Assembly (NCBI GenBank): GCA_964016885.1 | Contig: OZ024740.1 | Location: 118,606,001 to 118,670,000, forward strand | Source: Eledone cirrhosa | Lineage: Eukaryota | Direction of reading: 5' to 3' | DNA length: 64,000 nt | The notes under the pieces: model-generated | Seen by the model: the letters and a program-made list of their open reading frames with translations, nothing else | Told to the model about the DNA's origin: nothing | The model's database searches: none | Position numbers and translations under genes: made by a program | Shown here: positions 55,844-64,000 of the stretch, piece by piece | How the letters are laid out: every line of letters starts with the position of its first letter | How positions within the stretch are numbered: position 1 is the stretch's first letter

Positions 55844-56608
55844 TAGGTGGTTAATGCCTTCTTGACCACTTTTAAGTTTGTATGGCGTTTTAACATATTG
55901 TTTAGCTCTAGTTTTCTTAACTATTGGAGAGCTTGCCAGCATTTCTACGATTTTGCGTTTCGTTTCGCTTTTTCTACCAGCCGAAATACGATTCTCGCTG
56001 AATTTATATTTGCATTAATCTCCCGAGTCTTACAATTAACCTGTTAATAATTCTATTGACAGATTAATTGCATAAGTTTATTTTAAAAACTACCTGGTTT
56101 AGTGCTTATTCGATTTGTGCTATCTCTGCAATTTTTTGTATGATATACACATACTGAATTCATTTGCCAAAATCTGGGGAATTTCCCCTTGTGAGTTACA
56201 CATGTGCTTTTACAAAGTTCTGCGTCACTCACAAAGTTGGTGCAGAGCAAAATACCAGTTGATAAAGTGATATTACTTGTTCGATCTTTATGCTGAAAGT
56301 TTAAGTTTTAAGCAGACAGTATTATTGATTTAGGTGTCATAGAAACCCTGCATTTGGATTTTGCCATCAATTCCACTTGGGGCCAGGTCTGTTTTTATCA
56401 TTTATTTTGTTTGACCTGTTTAGCTTGATTTGTTTTTTGGCTTAGGTGGTTAATGCCTTCTTGGCCACTTTTCAGTTTGTATGGCGTTTTAACATATTGT
56501 TTAGCTCTAGTTTTCTTAACTATTGGAGCGATTGCCAGCATTTCTACGATTTCGCGTTTCGTTTCGCTTTTTCTACCAGCCGAAATACGATTCTCGCTGA
56601 ATTTATAT
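55844..56608. repeat. ~166-bp direct repeats with period 599 bp ending in (TA)n; pLTR-like partial tandem
   Basis: 55844-56009 resembles 56443-56608. Confidence 0.75.
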
Positions 56609-56630
56609 ATATATATATATATATATAAAT

Positions 56631-56671
<41 letters not shown>

Positions 56672-57744
56672 TACATACATATGGACACAAATACATACAT
56701 ATATATATACACACACAAATACATATATGCATATCTATATAAACATATATAGTATGTTTCTATGCAACGAGAGTGATCCCTTGATAATAAAATTCAGATA
56801 AAAGTATGCAGTTCGTAATTATATAAATAGAAATCAACTAAGTTGAATGTCAAATTGTGAATAAATATTACTGAAATAATATACTTATCTCTGTATCTTT
56901 GCCTGAAAGCCAGAGCAAATTATTATGATGTTAGACTTCTGCTCATTGTGGAAGATGCAAATATAGCTGCACCGAAGATTTCACAGCTTTAAATATATGT
57001 ATAAATAATATATCAAATTAATAATTTTATCAACATATTCTTGTTTTTCAACTTTTATGAAGATACTTATATCTTTAATATTCTTAATAACAATTAGCAC
57101 TTAATCCTGTAGCGAAATTATCACAATTGAAAAACGCAGGCTAAAGTAACTATATTTTTATCACCAGAAATAGCTTTCAGAAAACACGGCAATTAAGCCC
57201 AATTCAAATTCAGCTTTGCTTGTCGTACAGTACAGTCTACATCTTTTCTATCGTAGATACTTTACTAGAAGCTTTGTTTCCTACAGCCAGTTATAAGCAT
57301 AACTTTCAGCAAGGTTATCATATCTCGGCATTCATACTCTCAGAAAGCTTTAAACTCTACATTCAGCTACCTTCTCACGAAACACTTATTTCAAACCTTT
57401 TACGTCTTCCAGTTATAGTTTCATACATGGTGTCATCGTATAATATGTCTTTAATAAAAAATATCAAAATTAGTAATTTGGTTTTACAATGTGAGCCCTA
57501 TCGTACACCCACATACTACAAATCAACAAACGCTGCAACCGACTACGTATCTGCTAAAAGGTCAACAACACTACCAAGCCATCTGATAAGCTCCTATACA
57601 AGGGAAGTAAAATCAATACATACATATAAAAAAAAGGATAAAGATTCCATAAATCCTTGTGGATTCGTAGAGCCGCCGTCAAACGACGTGTCTAGGGCAC
57701 CTTTAAACCTGATGTTGCCCAACCCTCTCCAGGTCTGAACACAG

Positions 57745-57925
57745 CCAATTTTTTCTATAGAGCAAGAATCGAGACCAGTACTGGACTGGTACTTTTTCTC
57801 GACCTCGAAAGTATGAAAGGCAAGGTTGACTCCTGCGGGACTTGAACTCAGAGCGCGCAATGAGGTGGGACGAATACCGTAAAGCATTCTATCCGACGTC
57901 TTAACGACTCTGCCAATTTGCAGCC
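57745..57925 (-). mobile_element. tRNA-SINE copy
   Basis: CTGGTACTTTTTCTCGACC..ATGAAAGGCAAGGTTGAC..TTGAACTCAGAG. Confidence 0.8.
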
Positions 57926-58401
57926 TTTATACATACATATTCAGGTTACAAAACAAGGTACTATGTTGATATCCAATAAATCATTTATTGAATACTAGAA
58001 AGTCTTACAATCGGCCTGTGAAATATACATTATTACATAATCCATTATTCCACACTGCTCTATAGTATTCAACTATTTCTTCAGAGAAAGTCCAAGGAAA
58101 CATTATATAACGCATTGAAACATTTTAGTCCAATGGATGATTCATTGCATATTTGTATATATAATATGTTTTTCTATAAACCTGCATATTTAAAACTCTT
58201 TGGATTACCCATACTGAATTGATCTTGATATCACAACTAATATTATTAAATATTAGAGTTATAAAGTCCAATTGAGTACGCCATGCAGAACCAAACGAAT
58301 AAGTCGCCTTATGCTATTTGTATATGCACATCTACTCTAAAGTACAATAACTGGTAACTGCCTACAAAAAGCTGATACCTGTGATTTATTTCCTATATAT
58401 A

Positions 58402-59248
58402 CAGGGTGTCCATAAAGTCACTTTACAATTTGAAAAATATATTACAAAAGCAATTGATGAGATATCTTAATCAGATTTGTTCTATGTTCTCAGTAGTTAT
58501 CAAAGTTATTTTTATCAAACTGCATTTGTGCATTTCTAGTATTCTGTTGATAAAAAAGGTACTGTTAAATGAACCCCTAAAAGAAGGCTAATCCTCCAGA
58601 AAAGGCACAATGTTTGTCATGGTTTATTGAAACAAAATCGGATATGGAGACTCAGCGAAACTACAGAACTACGTATGGAAGGGATCCACCGTATGGTGTG
58701 GGATTATGTGCAATCTAATCATTGATCCATTTTTCTTCAACGAGACATCAATTATTGCAAATGTTTACCTTGACCTTTTGACTCAATATGTGGGACCACA
58801 ACTAGATGACCTTCAACCAACAATCATTTTCCAGCAAGATGCTGCACCCCCACATTGGGGACTACATGTTCATGGGTAACTAAATAAAACATTTCCAGAC
58901 TGGTGTATTGGAACAGATAGCCACCTAGTTCACAAGATATCACTCCCTTGGACTTCTTTATGTTAAAGATATCATGTATTGAACAAAGATATAGAACATC
59001 ACTGATCTAAAGCAAAATATCACTGATGCTATTGCCACCATTGATGAGGTTATGCTACAGCAAACATAGCAATAATTCGAGTACCGTCTTGATGTGCTTC
59101 CTGCAACTAATGGCACGCATATGGTGGTATATCAAATTAATTAATAGAAACTTCAATATCTGCTCCTCATTTTATAACAATTTTCACATATTTAATTGTC
59201 TTTTGTAATAATTTCTTTAAATTGTAAAGAGACTTTATGGACACCCTA
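58402..59248 (+). mobile_element. Internally deleted Tc1/mariner-superfamily transposon
   Basis: TIR CAGGGTGTCCATAAAGTC.CTTTACAATTT at both ends with TA flanks; transposase relics KAQCLSWF..TQRNYR..YGRDPP, VWCGI, FQQDAAPPHW, DITPLDFF. Confidence 0.9.
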
Positions 59249-59263
59249 TATATATACATATAT

Positions 59264-59323
<60 letters not shown>

Positions 59324-59360
59324 GTACATATATATATGCATATATATATACATATATATA

Positions 59361-59615
59361 GTGTTGAAAGACGTGTAAATTAGTACTCAATACCGAAGTA
59401 GATTTTAGACTTTACATATATATATATATATACATATATATACATATATATATATATATACATATATATACATATATATATATAGTGTTGAAAGACGTGT
59501 AAATTAGTACTCAATACCGAAGTAGATTTTAGACTTTATTATGGACAAATGATGAGTCTTGTTATTCTGTAATTTCACCTATGTACACACAGGATCACCA
59601 GAGAAAATATATATC
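59361..59615 (-). mobile_element. PLE-like 3' terminus with duplicated ~55-bp tail and decayed HHR
   Basis: GTGTTGAAAG..AGTACTCAATACCGAAGTAG..AGACTTTA occurs at 59361 and 59485, separated by (TA)n; minus strand CUGGUGA-uCCUGUG ugua CAUAGGu-GAAA at about 59570-59605. Confidence 0.55.
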
Positions 59616-59756
59616 AAAGAAATATTGAACAATATTTCCCCATAAACAACTATAGAAGGCAACTGAACTATACATTTCTTACTGACAAGGACACCATTCT
59701 AACCATAATAGACATTCAACATCACAAAACTCCTTATAAATTCTCGCTACTTTCTT

Positions 59757-59789
<33 letters not shown>

Positions 59790-61294
59790 CACTGAGAGAG
59801 GGAGACACAGAGAGAGAAAGAGGTTAGGAGATAATCATCAATCATTTATAAATCCAAGTCTATAAAATGTTGCTGGCCACATTTAGAACTTAATGTTGCA
59901 AAGCAATATATATTTGTGTAAACATCTGATAAATTCTAATAATAATGGAAAACGAATCCGCTCTTATAGATAGAAGGGGAATAATTTGTCTTGCTTACGG
60001 CAACATTTTGTTTTATTGCAATTCAGCAAATCTTACAGAATGTCAGTCTCACTTATTTTGGCAGCAGAAATCGTTTGCTTTATTTCTATTAACATTCGCC
60101 ATGATTAAATAACAAAACAGCAAACAAAAATGAAGAAATAAAGATGTAAATGGATATTTAACTTTTATGGGTATAAATGTATTATGTGAGATAATTATAA
60201 TATTTACATTGTAATGTACATAATGATAACGAAGATAGTAGTAGTAATAGTATGGTCTAACATTTCTGTGTTGAACTTACCACATCTAACTTTAAAAGTA
60301 TATATAAAACAATATATTTTGTATATATCATTAGTTGAAAACTTGACTATGCCTAATACTGCCATTTGTCATCTGAACATAGGGTAATATTGAGGTGAAA
60401 AACAGTCGTAAGGACAAGACAGATAAAAGAAATGATTTTGAACGCTGTTAGATGCTATTTCCAAGAAACCATAAATGGCTTAGACTCACCAAAGCGACAA
60501 AGAGTGACCATCACGATTTATTTGCTGGTGCTGTAAACAGAAGAACTTAAGATGGTAATGTAAATAAGGCCAATATAGGGATAGTAATATTATCTTAACA
60601 ACGAGCATAATAATATCAACTTTAATAGCAAAGGCATTACAATTTCCAGTAACCGTATTTCTTCAGTGACAAGAATTGTTGGCGTCTGTTGCTGGAATTT
60701 GGCAACATGTGAGCGCAACTTAACAAAAGATACCGATGATACGTGTATCCCTAGTCTGCTAAAATACCTATGAAAACCTGAAGAATCTCATTAAATATAG
60801 TCGTTGTTTACGTACAACCGTCTTATGTCCAAGATAGATTTGCAGGTGTTCTTAGAAAGTAAAAGGTGAGAAAACAAATAAAATGATGTTACCTTCTCAA
60901 ACAATTACCTACACGTTTCCTTACTAACAATAGATTATGTAGGATTAAATAAACTACGCTTCGCTAGAAGACCAATGGTACCAATATTGGTCGAAATTCT
61001 TGAAGAGCAAATTAATACATAGAATATTTATTCTACCCAATGACGCTCATGGATTAAAACAGGTAAAAGAGTAAATAAAATAACTCAGGCAGCAGTGTAT
61101 ATCTCTTCTAGAGACATTAACAAAAATACATATTATACGATGATTAGATAAAAATATGAAGAAGGCAAAAATACGACTGCAAACTATAAATGCTTGAAAA
61201 ACTATTCGGTTCAAATAATTATTTTTAGCATTGGCGTAAGTCCAGCAATTTGGAGGAAAGGTAAAGTCTATTATATCGACCATAGTTCTTAAAT

Positions 61295-61425
61295 GGTACT
61301 TTATGTTATTTACACTGGAACGATGAAAGGCAAAGCTGGCTTCGGCAATATTTGAAGGCAGAACGTAGAAAGACGTAACTTAATACCGCAAAGCATTTTG
61401 TCAAACGTTCTACCTATACTGCCGC
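61295..61425 (-). mobile_element. Degenerate tRNA-SINE copy
   Basis: GGTACTTTA..GATGAAAGGCAAAG..CAGAACGTA..AATACCGCAAAGCATTTTG. Confidence 0.65.
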
Positions 61426-62019
61426 TTTTTGTAGTAAATCGAAAACATAGCATTCGAGAAAAATGGTACTCCCAAAACCATATTCTTGTCATCAATACAC
61501 AAAAAATGTATTGAACAATACTTGGTATTACCATGAATTTGATGAAATTCCCATTAAAGAAATATTTTAAATATTTCGGAAGCACAATGTTGAAAACCAA
61601 GCTAAGAATAACATATAATATTTAAAGCTTTTTTTATATAATAAACAAAATAAACCTGATTTAGTAAGAGAAACTAAAAAAAGGGGGAAAAAAAAAGGAA
61701 AGAAAGAATAGGGAAATATAGAAAAAAAGGGAAAGAAAGAAGAACGGGAGTGGATGGCACAGAAGAGAGAGGGTTTAGGGGGTAGGCTGATTGGGTTTAG
61801 GGCCTGGGACAAGAGGGATGAACTTCATAAGGTTGAAATGCTCAAAACAGTGTCACGATGGTAGAACTACTAAGATACCATGAGAAGCCATGGCCCATGG
61901 ATGGATGAAATCGATAAACTACTGTCCAAATTAATATCCAAGAAGGATAACGAAACGTTTACAAATATATTATAATAATAATTCGAATACCTTCTTGTAA
62001 ACATGGTAGGACCAAGTAA

Positions 62020-62090
62020 TACAATGTGTGCAGATCGAATACAAGAAGGCTTTTGATTCGGTTCCAAATGATTGTTTTATCATGATGGTG
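62020..62090 (+). pseudogene. Tiny non-LTR RT fragment
   Basis: QIEYKKAFDSVP resembles the IDYKKAFDSVP RT motif. Confidence 0.4.
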
Positions 62091-64000
62091 AATTTGATTA
62101 AAGCAACAATGAATTGCAGAAAATTGGTACTATCACCAACAGCATCATTAGCGCAAGCTACGAACTTCATGTTTGTGTGTTTTAAAAAATTCACCTTTAT
62201 CCGTAAAAATGCGTCTTGAATTTATTAATTAATATTTCTCTAAATGCATTAGTAAACTGCTGTCACCTGTCTTTATCTCAGTATTGATAAAAGATCTTGA
62301 ATCTGTTTGCTGAATCGTGTGTACATTTCTACTGCATTTGCTTAATTGCATTTTATTTGTTTAGCTAGTTAGCTGTTTCCTCCATTCAGTAAATAATTTC
62401 CTCCCTTCTTTTCAACATTACTTCGCTTTTAATTTTCCAAACTTTCTTTCTGTTACTCTATTCTATAAAATGTTCTTCTCTACTTCTCTTTTTCATTCCA
62501 CTAAAGTATTGTTCAAGTGTAGAGAACCATAAAAAATATAAACACACTTATTCTCATAACTGGAAAATGAACTTGAATGTCTACTATTGTTGTATACCAT
62601 ATAACGTTGTCATATTGTTCTGTTTTACTGTACATTAACTTTATTACTCATCTTGTCTGTTTTGTTACTGCATTTTAATTTTCAATTAAATATTATTGTG
62701 GCTTCGTAGTATTTTTAAGCAACAATAAATTGCGTTCCTTGTAATGTTAAGTGGCATTGCTGTGCTATAAGCATAAGATCGTAGACTACATAAAAAAGAT
62801 GGACATGTGACTGATAGGCCAACATAGACTAAAACCAAAAGCTGTACTTTTTCACACCCTCGTCAACCATTAGAAAATAGCCTCTATTCCTCTAAACTAG
62901 CTACCTACATAACCACTTCATTATTGGCTCGTAATTTCTCGTCCTCCATCACCTCTTACATAGTCTCGGATCACGGTTTCTGCACTAAACCTATAGGAAA
63001 TTCCACATGTTTTGCTGCTAGGATATACCATACTCTGAAGAATCAAGACAGGAGACACAACGGTTTTTTTGGTTATTGACAATAGTTATCATACACTTTC
63101 GAAGATAGTTTTTTGGATCGGAGCAATGCCATATCGGTTGAATAAAAGTATCACTGCTGTCAATGTTATTTTAACAAGGTGTTTCCTTTCTCTAGGGAGT
63201 CTACACTTAGTTTTGTTTACTTATCATGATGGTTTGTGTTTTGAGCCTATATCTGTAAGTGTCTACAAATAATCGCCAATATATTTGTGAGGCTGTTATT
63301 TCTGAGTGAGTGAAAGATCACAAGTAACCACATCCCAGATTGCATTGTAGAGATCCATCTTATCAACTAGGTGAGCTGGTGTAAGTAAGTTGAACTTAAC
63401 ATTTGGTTGTTGGAATTTCACGTTACAGTGAACGATGTCGTAGTTTGAGAAGTAAGTTTTCTTTCCCCTGCAATACTGTAGATAGGGTTAGTGTGGGTAT
63501 TTAGCACTAGGTCAAAAATAATTTTGTGACATCTTGGTGTTAGAACGAATCGGGTAAGGAAAACCTCGTCTATGAAGTAAAAAAAGTGACTACTGCTGCT
63601 TTGTCAGGGGTTGAGATGCACATATCTGGTTTCAAAGTAGTTGCATATCAATCGATAGAGGGGAGGATGAAGTCACCATTCAGTAATGTTACATAAATGA
63701 CACTGCTGGATAAAACAATATTCTTGAGGCATTGTAAAGCACAGTAAAGATTTCTCTGGTGGTCTATAGAGCCCGATTTACTTAAATAATTGTTGTGTAA
63801 AGAGATTATATATATAATAAGGATGAGGACTAAGGTAACAATATAACAGAATTATTCACGTGCGACGCACGTTTCGCCATCGATCGGGTTCGTCTCTGGA
63901 ATCAGACTAGTGGATTCCTGAACACGCTGCTTCTTAAGGATAGCGACTAAGGTGTAATACCAAACATAGGATGCCACACCGACAACCATATCGGAAATGA

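Noticed and set aside
57220-57738. 172-aa ORF
   Set aside because: Non-ATG start and no recognisable motifs; likely chance.
63000-63800. Possible decayed PLE endonuclease on the minus strand (KYIG-like)
   Set aside because: Too degenerate to support without a profile search.
63855-63880. Minus-strand GAAA-CGUGCG-UC HHR-like half
   Set aside because: No 5' core box or stem II partner within the window.

Overview
AT-rich eukaryotic DNA, most likely from an octopus-like cephalopod (inferred from the SINE/RTE repertoire and the very long (TA)n arrays). It has one 200-N assembly gap and no convincing host protein-coding gene; most long ORFs in the track are translated microsatellites. The window is almost entirely repeats: decayed RTE LINEs, tRNA-SINEs, Tc1/mariner and hAT relics, a head-to-tail Helitron pair with a Pif1-helicase pseudogene, and Penelope-like elements (PLEs). 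The most notable signal is a set of about eight sequence-unrelated elements, mostly fold-back or partial-tandem and mostly embedded in (TA)n, that carry minimal type I hammerhead ribozyme (HHR) folds. These include a 595-bp near-identical tandem (retrozyme-like) with a compensatory U3-A8 catalytic core and an A9U-core HHR with a large stem II loop. Several of these families also share a small conserved hairpin in a 3' tail just before the microsatellite junction. All RNA structures were read by eye and none is tested.
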